The notes under the pieces are model-generated. The model worked only from the letters and a program-made list of their open reading frames with translations. It did no database searches and was not told the origin of the DNA. Positions 26,455-40,822 of a stretch of 64,000 nucleotides of DNA are shown here, one piece after another. The translations under genes were made by a program, and so were the position numbers. The stretch is from contig MU058000.1 of NCBI GenBank assembly GCA_013265495.1, forward strand, positions 2,728,001 through 2,792,000, read 5' to 3'. Positions within the stretch are counted from its first letter, which is position 1. Every line of letters begins with the position of its first letter. This DNA is from Vicugna vicugna (taxonomy: Eukaryota).

Positions 26455-28899
26455 AGGTATTTTTCTTCTTAGAAATAAAGAAAGCAAACTATGAGTTTTG
26501 GCCATATGGCAGATTGCATTGTAGAAAACGTTCTACAACATTCTTACAGGCTTGAGAGTCATCTTAGAGATATTTAACTACTGTTCCAAGATTTGTTTGG
26601 CTTTTGTTAGAAAAATCCCTCCATAGATTCCACTGATGTCATTCATGAACATGCCATTTTATAGAGCTGAAAATAGCAAATAAGGCCACACTTAGATGAC
26701 AAAGTCTGTTGCAGATTGGGAATCTATTTCCCAGCAAATCAACTTCTCTTAGGGTTTTAATTTTGCTTTAGTGTATTTCTTTCAATCTTTAGTAGTAGAA
26801 TGTTGAAGTCAATGCATGAAATTGTGATTTGAAACACTAACTTCAGGGCTTTGAAGAAGAAATATGCATAAAAGTATGCATTTTACACAACAGGAATTAT
26901 ATTTCCTACTGACATGAACTGTGCTAGTCTGCTTCTATTTTTCAAAAACTTGTATGTTGAGCCACTTAATGCTCAGCTTTCAAATATATCATGTGCTTTA
27001 CTTCTCCATATTTCAGAGTTGGGTAATCACTAACTGGAGAGTATCTATAAAAAGGCAATCAGAAGAATAAATGACGTGGAAATGATCTCTTAAGAATAAA
27101 ATTTAAGAAATAGCAAATATTTACCCTGTAGAAGAGAAAGCAAGCAATGTACATGAAAATTATCTTTGATTGATAAGGGGTAAAAAGCCACTTGATTTAG
27201 TCTCTACAGAACCAGAAAGATTAACAAAGTTATCAAAAAAATACATTATTAGAAGTTAAAGCATTTATTAGATGTGTGATGATGAAACCAATGGGAATCC
27301 ACAGTGGAGTGTGGAAACCAGGGTGATTAATCTTAGATTTTATTCATGCTCTAAGAGCATTGTGTTTAAAACAAGAGATATACTGGTTGAATTTCACTCT
27401 TAATTATTTAGACCAAATTGGATTATTATGAGCAATTTAGGGCATCTCCCTTTAAGAGGAATAAACAAGCACATTTAGCAAAAAGGCAACAGAGGGTTAT
27501 CATAGAGCCATGTCTTATAAGAAACAGTTGAGGGAAATGATTGTCTCCAAAGAAGACTTTGGTAGAAAAGAAAGGGAGAAGGTCATGATAGCTGTTTTTG
27601 TGACATTATATGTCACAAAAGTAATTTTTTCTATAGTAAATTATTCTATAAGGCCTTAAAAATAGAACTAAGCTCAATTTATATTTCTCGGATGGTTTAA
27701 ATTTAATCCTATTAAATTCAGGTGTGTAGAAAAAATATTTATTTTCTTTAAGTTCCATATAAAGCCCTTAATCATAAAGGGTAGGGCAATTTTATTTTCA
27801 TTCAATTCAGAAAGCCATAATACATCCTACATTTGTTAAGACCTTTGTTTAGATTCCAGGAGTTTTCATGGTTTTAGGATACTGTAGGAGGTGGAGTATT
27901 TTGCAACGTGATTTTTGAGTGACCTGCTCATCCAGGTCTCCCCTGGAACTTATCTTTGATCTGAAGGCATGGTGGGCCATCACTGAGCTGTGGTTCTTTT
28001 CCAGATACTTGGTCCCATCGGCTCTGATAGCTCTTTCTACTGTATCCTTAACATTCTTGAAAGGGCAGCTGAATCACTGAGATGCATGTGTGCTAGGCTG
28101 GGGCACAAAAGTTTCTGCAAAGCTGTGGATGTTTCCATCTTTCTAGTCACACCAGATATTTATTCCCTTTTTGTAAACTTGTTAGCTCCCTGTACTCTAA
28201 TCCTAGAAGTAAGGCATTGATTCCCTCGTCTTCTCTGCTCTAGGATGCCTTAAACACCCCTGGGAAAACACAGTCTGATAAAGCCTTAACCACAGCTATA
28301 TCTTTTATAAACTCTTCACGCTTCTCTTCCTGAAATTTGGAGAAACTATTTCTATTTTCACCAGGGAAATTTCTTCTCTTATTTTAGAAGATTATCCATT
28401 AGAGACACTCCCTCTGGCATAATGTTTTATGCCTCAGAGATGCTGAGATACTTAAAGACCATGCCTGGTTTCTGAGTGAATTGAGAAATGAAGGGCAGAT
28501 GGAGAACCAAAATATGCCCAATATTACCAAAAAAGGCTAACTCAGAAGACATAGATTAATGCAAAAGAGAAATGTGACTTCCCTCAGAAGTGAAGATTTG
28601 TTATTACTGTGGATGGTAGACAAAAACAATACGTGTTAATTTCTCACAATCAACCAAAGTTGATTACTTCCTACTGATAAAATTAAAATCATACTTGCTT
28701 CGGACCTCATAATTTGTATATTTTAATTGTTTTCTTGTATTTTCATTAGCCCACCATATAAATTTACCTTGAAAGTTTATCATTGTGTATCAAAAATATT
28801 TCATGTTGCAATGATACGTAACATCTAGGTGTTTTTAGAAGAAGCTTATTGTTGAAGATAAAGCCAGACGTGCTTGAGTGACAGAAGATCAACAGAGTG

Positions 28900-29180
28900 A
28901 AAAAACCAAACATTTGAATGAAAGGGTCAAAATATAATACATGTACTGTATGATTCCATTTATATGAAACTCTAAAAAAGGCAAATGTACTCGTTAGGGA
29001 CAGAGTAACAGTTACTACCAGGGGTGAAGGGGAGGTGGAGCGTTGCCTCAGAGCCGGGCAGAAGGGATCGTCTGTGGGGAGTGGAGATTCTTTGTGTCTT
29101 GAGGTAGTTGTGTTTATATGAATACCTAAATTTCAAATCTAAATTATTGTATGCAATAATACTCCCATAAAGTTAGGAAA
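28900..29180 (+). mobile_element. Ancient L1 3'UTR fragment (L1ME-like)
   Basis: tactgtatgattccatttatatgaaactctaaaaaaggcaaa motif. Confidence 0.6.
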
Positions 29181-30121
29181 AAGAGATCATTGCCTTTTTT
29201 TTCTGTTTTATAAATTATTCTTCATTTCTTATCTAATAGTTGTACTGAAAAGCTAATTGCTTGTGTAAAACATTTCCTGTTTAGATATTTTCTTTAAAAC
29301 TGTTACATTGCCCAATACTCTCAAGTTGCATTTAAAATTTATATCCACATAACTATCGCTAATTTATGCATTTGTATCTATCTACAAAACTTGGCATCAA
29401 ACCCAAGCTATCAGATGTGTAATTATCTAAGTTTTTGTGGGCAGATCCTCATTTGCATAGGCAAATACGGACACAGAATCTTGTCATCAGTTACAGATGT
29501 CAGCCCATGTTTAGTATCTCAGGCTACTTTTCTTTAGCTAACAATTAAAGGTCCTACTCCTTTGAGAAATACATGATACCCACTTCTGATATACTTAATA
29601 TTAATAAATATTATATTTACACACTATATATTAAATATATAACTAATACTATCCTTCGTATTTATGGAAGAAGGAATTTATAGTATTTCTTATTGAATAA
29701 GGATAAACAATAACTGTTTTGGATACATGAATTTATTAAAACTATATCATATTGAGATTTGCATCTAATTAATAAGTATAGAATAAGCCTCTATTAAAAT
29801 ATCACATAATATTTACTTTTTGAAATGTGGCACATTGAATAGATTAAGTTAATAAGAATTTGCCTTCCTCATTTATCTTCCTTTTGGTAGCTTAAGAAGT
29901 TTTTTATTTGTTTGTTTGTTTGTTTTTTTGTTTTTTCCTATGCTGGTTTATTTCACTTAGCATAATGTCCTCATCAAAAACGTAGTTTCCAACCACACTT
30001 GCCCGTCTGTGGAACTATTATCAGTGACATCAGTGGTGCTGTATCACCCTATGTAAGTTGAGTTCCACTTCATAAACTCTTACTATTTTTTAAAATTGCT
30101 TTGATTTTGTATTTGTATCAC

Positions 30122-30956
30122 TTTTTTGTTTTCCAACTTTATTGCGATATAATTAACATATAACATTAAGTGTAAAGTGTACAACACAACGACTTACATA
30201 TATCATGAACTGATTATCACAATAACTTCAATGAACATCTATGGTTTCATATAGATAAAATATTAAAGAAACAGAAAAAATTTCTTTTTCCTTGTGATGA
30301 GAACTTTAAGAATTACTCTCTTAACAAGTTTCATATGTAACATATAGCATGGTTAATTATATTTATCATGTTGTACATTACATTCCCCAGTACTTATTCC
30401 TCTTATAGCTGGAATTTTGTACATTTTGACTGCCTTTGTCCAATTCTTCCTCCCCCACACCCTTGATCTAATAACCACAAATGTGATCTCTTTTTCTGAG
30501 TTTTTTTTTTAAGTATAATTGGCCTACAACACTAAATTAGTTCATGTTACACAAAATGACAATTTGACATTTCTATACATTTCAAAATGATCACCACAGT
30601 AAATCTAGTTATAGAAAGAAATTGCACAGTTACTGAATAAATTCCCCACACTGTACATTTCACGCATATGACTCATTTATCTTGCAACTGTAAGTTTGCG
30701 CCTCTTAATCTCCTCCACCTGTTCCTTTCCTCCCCCACCCTCCTCCCCTCTGGCAACCATCTGTTTGTTCTTCGTACCTATAATTCTGTTTCTGTTGTAT
30801 TTGTTCATTTGTTCTGTTTTTTAGATTTCACATATAAGTGCAACCACACTGTACTTGTCTTTCTCTGTCTGACTTATTTCAGTTAGCGTAATACCCTCTA
30901 GATCCATCCATGCTGCAAATGGCAAGCCTTCATTTTTTATGGCTAAGTAATATTCC

Positions 30957-31010
<54 letters not shown>

Positions 31011-31371
31011 CACATATACACACACATACATATATTCCACATCTTCTTTATCCATTCATCTATCGATGGGCATTTATGTTGCTTCCATAGCTTGGCTATT
31101 GTAAATAATGCTGCTAAGAATATAGTGGTGCATATATCTTTCATAATTAGTTTTCTTGTTTTCTCCAGATAAAAGCCCAAGAGTAGAATTTCTGGATCAT
31201 ATAGTAGTTTTATGTTTAATTTTTTGAGGACTCTCCATACTGTTTTTTCACAGTGGCTGCACCAATTCACATTTCCGCCAACACTGCACAAGTGTTCCCT
31301 TCTCTTCATATCTTTGCCAAAACGTATCATTTATTTTTGTTGTCATTGTTGCTTTTGTTTTTTATAATAGC
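30122..31371 (-). mobile_element. LINE-1 3' end (ORF2 C-terminus plus 3'UTR with internal repeat)
   Basis: ORF 30821-31330: CSVGGNVNWCSHCEKTVWRVLKKL...ICTTIFLAALFTIAKLWKQHKCPSIDEWIKKMW...WMDLEGITLTEISQ. Confidence 0.93.
30959..31006. repeat. (TG)24 microsatellite inside L1
   Basis: Direct reading. Confidence 0.97.
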
Positions 31372-32115
31372 TGTTTGGTGGGACTGTGTCCCCTCCCCGT
31401 TGCTTGGCTTGAGGCCATGCAGTACTGGTGTCTACAGGCTGGTGCGCAGGGGCAGGGCTGGGTCCTGAGGCTTAAAAGGTAGAGGGAGGATTCCACGATG
31501 GCGCTGCCAGCACCAGCTTCCATGTGGTAGAAGGAGCTCCCCACAATGGCTGCAATCAATGTTTGTGTCCCCAGGGTGAGTTCCAGTTGCCTCCTGCCTC
31601 TTCAGGAGATTCTCCAAGATCAGTCAGTAGGTCTGACATAGGCTCCTTTCACATTACTCCTTCTGCCTTGGTTCCAGGAACATGTGAGATTTTGTGTGTG
31701 CCCTTGTAGAGTGGAGTCTCTATTTCCCGTAGTCCTCTGGGTCTTCCAAAATAAGCCCCAGTGGCCTTCAAAGCCAAATGTTATCAGGATTGTCCTCCCA
31801 GAGCAGGATCTATGCTCTGGGGAGCCCAATGTGGGGTCAGACTCCTTACTCCTTGAGGAGAACCTAGGCAATTATAATTGTTCTCCCTTCTGCAGGTCAC
31901 CCACTCAGGCATGAGCATCTTGACCATACCATGACTCCACCTCTCCTACCCATCTCGTTGTGGGTCTTTCTTTATGTCTTTATTTGTAGAAGATCTTTTC
32001 TGGTAGGCTGCAGTCTCTTTCATAGATAGTTGTTCTGTAAGTAGTTGTAATTTTGGTTTGCCTGTGAGAAGAGGTGAGTTCAGAATCTTTCTACTCTGCC
32101 ATCTTGGGAACAGTC
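31372..32115 (-). mobile_element. LINE-1 5'UTR segment including the element start
   Basis: ctactctgccatcttgg is the antisense of ccaagatggcagagtag (YY1-site L1 5' terminus); GC-richer, CpG-decayed L1 promoter-like sequence. Confidence 0.8.
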
Positions 32116-32609
32116 CTCTCATAATTGTGATTTTTAGTGTCACCAGAGTTTTCCACTCTGTACAATGCTATACATGGAACATCCTTCTATTTTAAGATTT
32201 ATTCTAATATTTTTGCTATTATGAATATAGGAGCAATGAATACAACTCTTTTCCCTAATAATAGTTTCAAAATAATCATAGCAGCACTGAGTAATGATCC
32301 ATAAAAATGCATAAAAATATTATAAGAAATATTACAATAATAAAAAAAACACATCCTTTTTTCAAATGAATCATTAATTTTCAAAATATATGTTTTTTTA
32401 AATATTTTTGAGATAAATAATTAAGTTAATCTTGAAAGGTTGTTTTAATTGACATTTCCCAGTACTGAATATTAATTTTTGACTAAGTGCCAATTTTTTT
32501 GTGACTTATCTCTTCCACAACATTTACTTCTGCTTTTTTTTCCCTCTCCCTCTCCCCCTTCATCTCCTCTCTCAGTCATATATATATATATATATTATAT
32601 AGACTCTTA

Positions 32610-33160
32610 TTCAAACTCCATTATTCACAGATTCCACATTTGCCAGTGTACCTATTTGCTCAAATGTATTTACAGTCCCCAAATCGATAACCGCACAGCA
32701 TTTGCATTCATGGCTGAAAAGACTGTCATCATATGCACATCCCGGCTGACGTCAAACAGGGCTGCACTCTTTCCTTCTTATTTCAGTTCTCTAACTGTGA
32801 ACAGGTATCCTGTTCACAGCTTATTTAGTGCAAAGTTTTTGGCATTTTTATGCTTTCTGCTGTCTTAAAGGGCCCCCAAGCCGTGTGCTGAAGTATTGTC
32901 TAGTGCTCAAGAAAACCACAATGCTTTACAGAGAAAATACTAGAAAGTAAGTGTGTTTAATAAACTTCATGCAGTCATGAGTTGTGTTCTTGGCTGTGAG
33001 TTCAACGTTAATGAATCAATGGTACGTATTTAATAAGGTATCTTTAAACAGAAAGACACATTTAAAAAAAAAGCTATGCATTTATTGATTGATAAAAGTG
33101 TGACCAGTGTGTTGCAGGAACTTAACCCTATGTTTCCACTAGAAGAAATGGCACAGTATA
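32610..33160 (+). mobile_element. TcMar-Tigger non-autonomous DNA transposon (MER82-like)
   Basis: cattattcacagattcc, ggcccccaag..gtgctgaagtattgtctagtg, gagttcaacgttaatgaatcaa, gcaggaacttaaccct match the recalled MER82 consensus. Confidence 0.85.
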
Positions 33161-34639
33161 AATTCATATATATGTGGTATATATGTAGGCATAGTAATTA
33201 ATCTGTATTTCATCATTCTTTCCCATTTTTTTCATTTTTATTGCTTTTCAGATTTTTTATAGTTTATTCTTTGATGAATAGAAAAATTCTTTCCTGAATG
33301 TTTCCATTTACTTTATATATCGGAAACTTCTCTCTGCCCTGTGAACTACTACATATGTGTCTATGTTTTCTTATAGTTGAATGATTTATTATATTCAACC
33401 CTTTAATACATCTGGATTTTATTTTTTCATGTAAGGTGCATAACACTGTTGTTCAAGAAACCTGCTCTGTAATTAAAATGTTTCCTTTTGTTACACATGC
33501 CAAAGGCCAATGGACCTAATACCCGTGAGTCCTGTCACATGTATTACTCCTTTTGAAGGTACGTCTCTGTTAATTAAATAAATACACCATGATTGGTAAA
33601 ACATGGCTTCTCTCTTCAGGAAAGAGCTCTCTATTTCCTGAAGCATGTGGGTTGGGAATTAACGCCAACTTTAAAGCAACCTGGTAAAATATTTTAGTTT
33701 TAGTTTTAGTTTATTGTTTGGATGAAGATGTTCTAATTGTTGTTTCTTTTGCTCGGGACATTTTATTTGTTACTTCATGGTATGGCTAATTCTGAGGGCA
33801 TCCTTTGCATTTTATTGATGAGACTAAGTGCTCAACAGCTGACTGTGGGCTTTTTGCGTGGGTGGTCCTTGGAAAGTGACACCAGTGTGCTGCCCTAGAC
33901 ATCAAAGTGTCCCTGGCAGGCAAGGCAGGAATCAACATTGGCCACATTCCTTGGGTCTGGCTAAGGAGCATGGTCAAGGATCATTCCAACTCATCTGCTT
34001 AGTGCATGCATGACCCCATCAAAATTCTGAGTTTGTTGTTTAAAATAAACAGCCTAATCCATTTAATTCTTCTATTTCCCTCCCCTATTGAGTCCCTCCT
34101 TTTGAGCACCAAAGACAAGACAAAAAAGCACTTGAGAGAAGTCTTTGAGACATGCTGCCTAAGCTCAAAAAACCAAAGGAACACCAGAGTCTCCTTTGGA
34201 GTGTGGATGTCAGCTTGCACTTGGCATTCATTGTGAACAGTTCTGTGTGCCAAGAAACAGGTCTTGGGAGTACAGCATGAGCGTCAGTGTAAATGCTTTG
34301 CAGGATGTGGAAGTCCTTCTGTGTGCACAATATTGTCACACATTGTTCCACACTTTAGAGCAGTCTTACCTTAGTAGCTCTGGGGCTTGTCTCTGTAATG
34401 ACGGGATTCTCCTTGCAATGTCCTTTATCCTTCTGATCTTTTCATGAACAAGGAACAACAACAAAAAATATGCTTTATCTAAAACTTTAAAAATACACGG
34501 GACAACAAATTCTAAACAGAAACTAAAGATTCTGTGAAGACACATGATACCATTCTAGTATTTGTCAGAGAAAAATGTCACCAAATGATTAAAATAGAGT
34601 ATCAATAACATAATTTCACAAGATAACTCATATAACTTC

Positions 34640-35031
34640 ACATTAAGTGAAGTAAGTGAGAGAAGGACAAGTATCATATGATGTCGTTTATATGTGGAAT
34701 CTAAAACAAAACAAAAGGAAACACATTTTATTTACAAACCAGAAACAGACTCACAAACATGGAAAACAAACTGGTTACCAGGGAAGAAAGGGGTGGGGGA
34801 GGGATACACAATATTATATATAAACATATCATTATATTAAAAAAGATAAAGACAAGGACATACTGTATAGCATAGGGAACTACATTCAATTTCTAGTAAT
34901 GAGCCATAATGGAAAAGAAACTGAAAAATATGTATTTACATATGTGTGCATATATCTAACTGAATCACTTACACTTGAAATTAACATTGTCAATCAATTG
35001 CAATTTAATAAAAAATAAGAATGAAAAAAAG
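34640..35031 (+). mobile_element. LINE-1 3'UTR fragment with A-rich tail
   Basis: taagtgaagtaag..tatgtggaatctaaaa, acaaaccagaaacagactcaca, tactgtatagcatagggaacta. Confidence 0.88.
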
Positions 35032-36840
35032 AAACTGCTATCTTTGAAAACCCTTAAACTGCTTGCCATCACCCGGATAAGAAATGTATTTGAATCTTGC
35101 CCTGTTTCTGCCTGCCCTCAGACAGGGCTTACCTCCAGCAGCGTCCTGCCTGGCCGACATCACGATCTGAACCCTTTCTCACTCAGATTATCAGACTATT
35201 ATTACTGAGCACCACGTTCTTCATGTTGTTCCACTGCACTTGAACAATCTATGACGGAGACCAGTTCCTGACGGCCTTAATTCTAAATCTTCTGACTGCA
35301 TGTTACTGTGGTCATCATACAGACCCGCTTTGCCTGGCCATTCTAATCCTCCATACCTTTAAAGGTGTATCCTCTTATTTAACCTCCTCCTCTCCCATTC
35401 ACCTGCTGTACTCATTTATTTGTTCATATCCTTGGTGACTGGTTTCTCCGTCTTTGGTCAGAGAACCATCTTCATTTCTCTGCACCTATTAACCATCCAA
35501 CCCTGGTAGCTTTACAATTTAATAGTTACATGATTGGTTATTGTTACGGAAATTAGACATGTTTCTCTAAATAAATTACAAGTGCTCCGAAGCTATAGAT
35601 CACATACTGTAATTTCTCATTTCTAAAACACATTGTCTAAGACAACTGGCCCTTAGGAGAGTGGACAACAGGGCATGTGATAATTAATGATGGTGGTAAA
35701 AATTGACAAAGAAATTTTACTTGTCTCGTAAGGTGATCACTGGTAACAAAAATCTTTGTGGAAACAGCTTTGCAAAAATCAGTGTTGATATTTTGAAATT
35801 TGAGTTTACTACATGCTCCTCAAAGGAATTTTGGACAGAGTTAGGTCAAGGGGTAGAGTTTATTAAGAAAGATTACGTGGATGGAATGAACTAAAGGAGG
35901 ATTTATTTCTTTCCCTTACTCATTGTGTTGCTGTTTTTCACTAATAAAAATGCATGAATGTTTAGTAAATAAATGAGTTACTTCAACACAAAAGGATATA
36001 ATGTGAAACGGATGTCTTTGTCTGGTTGTAGCAACAATGGCAGGAGGAAAGGTGGGCTGAAAGGATGTGATCAGGGCAGAAGATGTGTCCAAAGGAAGAT
36101 ATTCCTTGTATCATTTGGATTCATTTTTGCCCCTACCCCCCACTAGGTCCAGTCTTTCACAGAGCCCTCGACGTGATGACTGGCCACATTCACCACAAAG
36201 CAGTGAATTTGGGAGGGATAATGGAAGAAGCTCCCAGCCCAGCTATGACTGTCTTGAAGCTGTGGTTGGTGTTTATATTCACTCCTCCATCAGCCACCAC
36301 TTGCCCACTGGGATCATCCCTGACGTTCACTGTCAAGTTTTACAAGAGCTTAGTTGTTTGCTCTTGTCAGGCTGTAGTTAGTGCAATCGACTGTTTAGTT
36401 ATTACTGGGCACTGAAGCAGCAATAGACATATAGTGAACTTCATGAATTCCAGATGAACGCTAAGCTCCCAGCGTGCACCTGCAACTCGAGATTCTTATG
36501 GTAACAGGATCATTACCTCCACCTGTTTCCCTGTCACTGTACTGACATGAGGCGACCAAAACGATCAGAGAGTGATCTTACCTATGAGCTCAGTGGAATC
36601 CTTTCTGTGCTCCTTCTAGGAATCTTTCTTCAATGGGAACCAGGATCTAAAGTTCAACTGATTCTTGTGTCATGGGATTCAGCACTACAAACTCGGAAAA
36701 TGAAACAATGAGAGTGTTGGTACAAATGCCCAATCCTGCTTGAAACTCTTGGGTTTTATATCCGGACTGCAGCTACTTTGGACATGGCATCATGTATTAA
36801 ACATGGATTCAATGCTTATACTGCATCCCAAAAGGTAGGG

Positions 36841-37070
36841 TCCAGGGGTTAGGAGCCAGATTATACTGGATTATGGAAGTCAGTCTTGTGCATGTCTTCT
36901 CAATACCCCAAATCTTATCCCAACCAGTGATCTTAGTGACATAACATTGGTGGCTTGAAATCAGCCATGGTGGGAGGATTGATGCCATGAAAATTGAGAA
37001 ACAGGCAAATCAAGACATTTATTTACTTATTTTTTGGAAAGCCAGTTGTTAAATTCTACCAGCATTTTTC
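36841..37070 (+). mobile_element. hAT-Blackjack MITE (MER63A-like)
   Basis: ttggtggcttgaaatcagccatggtggga and terminal gccagttgttaaa..taccagca. Confidence 0.75.
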
Positions 37071-38214
37071 ACCAGAGGCACTTCCCCAGTTATGCAGGGT
37101 GCTGTCCTGGGGTTGGCATCTTATCTGATCTTCATTCTGTCATTCTACTTGGCTTCCAGCTTCTGGATCATATGGTATATAATAGAAGCAGCAAAGTCCC
37201 TGGCAAAATATATTTTGTCATATTTATTTTACTATAAAAGAGTCACACGGTTTGGAAAGATGATGTGCAGAATCCAATTCTAGAAAATCAGGAATTTTAT
37301 AAGCTGTCAGACAGTAGCACTGGCACATATCTGGACAGAGATCAGTTCTGGTAAGGACATATTACTGTCTCCTTTTGGATAGCAATTGTCCAAAGCAATC
37401 AACCTTTCATCAAGTGGCTAGTTGAACTCTGTGCAATCCTACCTTATCAAGTGCACACACAGCTTTGACTTCGGGTGCCAGCAGCCTGGGAATTCAGCAC
37501 TGAGAGTAGTTTGGCCAGCCTTCAGGAGGGGGGATGCATGCTTTGGGTTGATGCCTATCCATCCTTCTCATCATAGCCATTTCATTTCTGGCCCCAGTAG
37601 CTAGATTTTGTAATACCAAGGAGACAGGCTGGTTAACTTCGCTGGAGGCATCCTGTCTAGCTGGATTTTGAATATACTTCTGCTATGGACATGTATGGAA
37701 AGTTATAATCATGAGACCTAAAGATCTGCATCTCTGTACTGACCCCCATGTACCCATCCACATGCCCCTTCTCAAAGCTTCCTTGTCTCTGATCTGTCAA
37801 CCTGATTCCTTCCAGAGATTTAAAAAGCCAAGCTTTCTTCCACTGCCCAGAATTCTCTGTCTAGCCGTACCACAGACACTTCTACCTTTCTCTAAAGTAC
37901 ATGTGACTAGGTCCTTTGCTTAGAGCTCAGTCAAATGGAAAAGATTCCCCTTCATTACTGTCCTTAGGACAAAGGTGTCAGAAATGAAGGATGATGAAAT
38001 ATTCAGACCCAGCAAGGAAGCTATTGTGGGGGATCCAGGGAAGGAGAAAGAGGAAAAGGAGAAGGGAACACAGAGAGGTGGCAGCAGATTACAAAGCAGC
38101 CTAAAATGCTATGGGCATTTTTTTTTCAAATTTTAAATATTGTGAGAGATAATTCAGTGAATTTTTTAAGTAATATCATTTTTATCCCCTCTATTATTCT
38201 TTATGTGTTTAGAA

Positions 38215-38325
38215 TTCTTTCTCCCCTTTGTTTCTTCCCTTCCTCCTTCTCTCCTTCTCTCCTCCCTTTCTTTCTTCGTTTCTTCCTTCCTTCCTTTCTT
38301 TTTCTTTCTTCCATTTCCCCTTTCT
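38215..38325. repeat. Polypyrimidine low-complexity tract (CTTC/CTTT)
   Basis: About 110 nt, almost entirely C/T. Confidence 0.85.
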
Positions 38326-40805
38326 AAAAATTGTCTTTATCAAGGTTGATATCGAAATAGAGTATAAATACCAAATACTTCCTGAGCTGGCCACTATATC
38401 GGCTGCTTTAAATTGTAAGTAATATTGACTCTCATTGCTGTAATGAACTAGATGAATCAAAATATCACAAGCATTTCGGAGCCAGGAGGATCCATAGAGA
38501 TATCTTAGCCATCACCCTCTCCATCTTCTCATCCAATGCAATATTCTCAAACATCTGCATGAAATTTAACAGTGGAAATTCTACTGCTTTACTGAAACAA
38601 TGTTTTCATTGTTTTATTGAGATACTATTGTAACGTCATTTGGGAATAGTTTCTGTCATTCTGAACTTTTTGTCTCTGAAATCTTCCATGTTCTCTGCTG
38701 TGGGGGTGGGTGAATGGCTTGTCCCCAAATCAAGCAGTTGTACAGATATTTCCTTATCTTTCTCATTCAATGTAAATTAAGACACATACTTCCACTTACA
38801 TCCTCCTGTTTAAACGTCTTTTGCAGCCCCCGTGGAGGTTGGTGATAAACATGCAAACAAATCTGAAAGATATCTAATAGTACAGCACTCTCCCCGCATC
38901 CACCCAACTTCTGTTTCTAGAAGCCTTGGCTCTGAATCTTAATGCCCCATGAATTATGTCCTGACATGTTTAGATGAATTGTGTCCTGTCAAAAGGAGGA
39001 GTCAAAATGACACTAGCATTCTAGATAACTTGATTCCTCAGTAGAAGTGACACTATCGTGGTATCTTAGAGCAGGGGAGAACCCTAATGGTCACTTAAGG
39101 CATGTTTAAGAATTATTGTCATGACTATAGTGTTGAAACATACCAGTGATCCAATGGACCAAACCCATTGGCCCCATCTGATTACATATTTAAAATAGCT
39201 CCATTAGCATGTTGAGCTTTTATCTCTCTATTTATAAAATAGTAAGAGAATAAGCTCATTAATTTTCTTCTAACCCAATTACTCACTTATGTCTGCTAAG
39301 TTCTGGTTTTTCAGACTTAGCTTTTAAAGAAGATGAAAGAGACTAATACTTATTTTCATGTCTCCAGAGAGTTAATAAATTATTCAAAATACATCAACAA
39401 GCCATGTGCCAGGCTCTGTGTTATGCAGTGGAGGTAGCTGCCGAACAAGACCCAAAGATCCCCTGTTAAGAGATGACCAATGGGCAATAGATGATATACA
39501 TTTGGAGTTTTGCTCAGAGGTCAGAGCTGGAGTTAAAAAAGCGAGAGTCTCTGAACCTGTAAAGTGCTTCTTACTTTCCAAAATGTTTCCCGAACGGTGT
39601 TCTGGAGAACTCTACCTCCTTGAGACCTTACTATGCCTTCTACCTTAAAGCACTGAGAAATCCTACAGAAGAGAAATTAGTTAACCACATTAACACAACA
39701 TTCGCCAAATTATTTACTATTAACCCTCACAGAAGGACTGACAACATCTCACAGAGCTGTTTTCTAGAAAACAGAATTTGAAGACCCTGATTTCTATCCT
39801 ATGTCCTTATTCAAATAACTTCCCCAGCATATCAGTGATACCCATATATTCATGAATGGTCATATCTTTTACTATTAAGGCATGAGATACAGAATAAATA
39901 TGACCATTATAAAAAAATTGATATACTAGCATTTTGCAAAGATGATTCTCACCATCTACTAAGTTTTATCTAAATTTTTGGAAAATTTTGACATTTTACC
40001 TGCAGAGATGAATTCTAAGCATATACTTCCTTAGGACTTCTCTAGTAGTAAGAACTAGAAGAACAATTCATATTTCCCTAGAAACAGTCAAAGGAAAAAT
40101 AAAATAGAAAATTAATGTGGCCAATGCAGATGCAAAAGGCACATGGATGTGTGGGCTCATTTTCATGATGCCTCTTCCCTTCACTCATCCTGCTTTCTCT
40201 GACCCCTTCAGACACAACATGCTCCGATCTTTGAGTTGTCAGGCCACACCCCTTGGGGCCACCACCTTGTTTGCAAAACTTGGAGGTTTTAAGAAAACAC
40301 TGTTAAGTGATTGTGAAAAAAAAAAATAAAATGGATTGAGCGGTTCTGACCCTGCCAGGCTTGCGAACACAATGGTTGGACAAGAAAAAGAGTGGAGGCA
40401 GCAGCTGCCAAGTGAGGCCAGCTGTGAACATGTGGCCTTTTCTGGGTCACTAACAACAGGGACCGTGCTAGGGTGTGGGGGCTTTTTATGGCCACTGTTT
40501 CTTCTCTGGCTTTTGTAAAAAAGTGTTTTACAGGTGAATCCAAGATTATAAAATGGGAGAGGAGGTGTAAGGAGGAGGTGGAGAGGAACACTTCTGCAGT
40601 GTTCAACTAAAAATAAAGGAGACAAGGGAGAGACGGATGCCTTTTATTTTCAGGCCAAAGAGGGGAAAAGGAATCAATGGTATTGGCCAAATGTACCTGC
40701 TGGTAACAATTAGGTCAGGCTGCTGAGAAAATGAAACACTGTTTTTTTTTTTTAAATGTATATTTCTTAATTTTTCATGGAATTGGGCACTGAGCACATG
40801 TCTCC

Positions 40806-40822
40806 TTCCAGCAGGCGGCTGC
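40806..40822 (+). promoter_or_regulatory. Candidate CTCF motif
   Basis: ccagcaggcggc resembles the CTCF core CCASYAGRKGGC; motif only. Confidence 0.35.

Noticed and set aside
27596..27620. 11-bp-stem hairpin; also a 16-bp palindrome at 55251-55266
   Set aside because: Short and AT-rich; a few of these are expected by chance in 64 kb.
30821..31330. Longest ORF (169 aa)
   Set aside because: Decayed L1 ORF2 C-terminus read through a (CA)n repeat; not a host gene.
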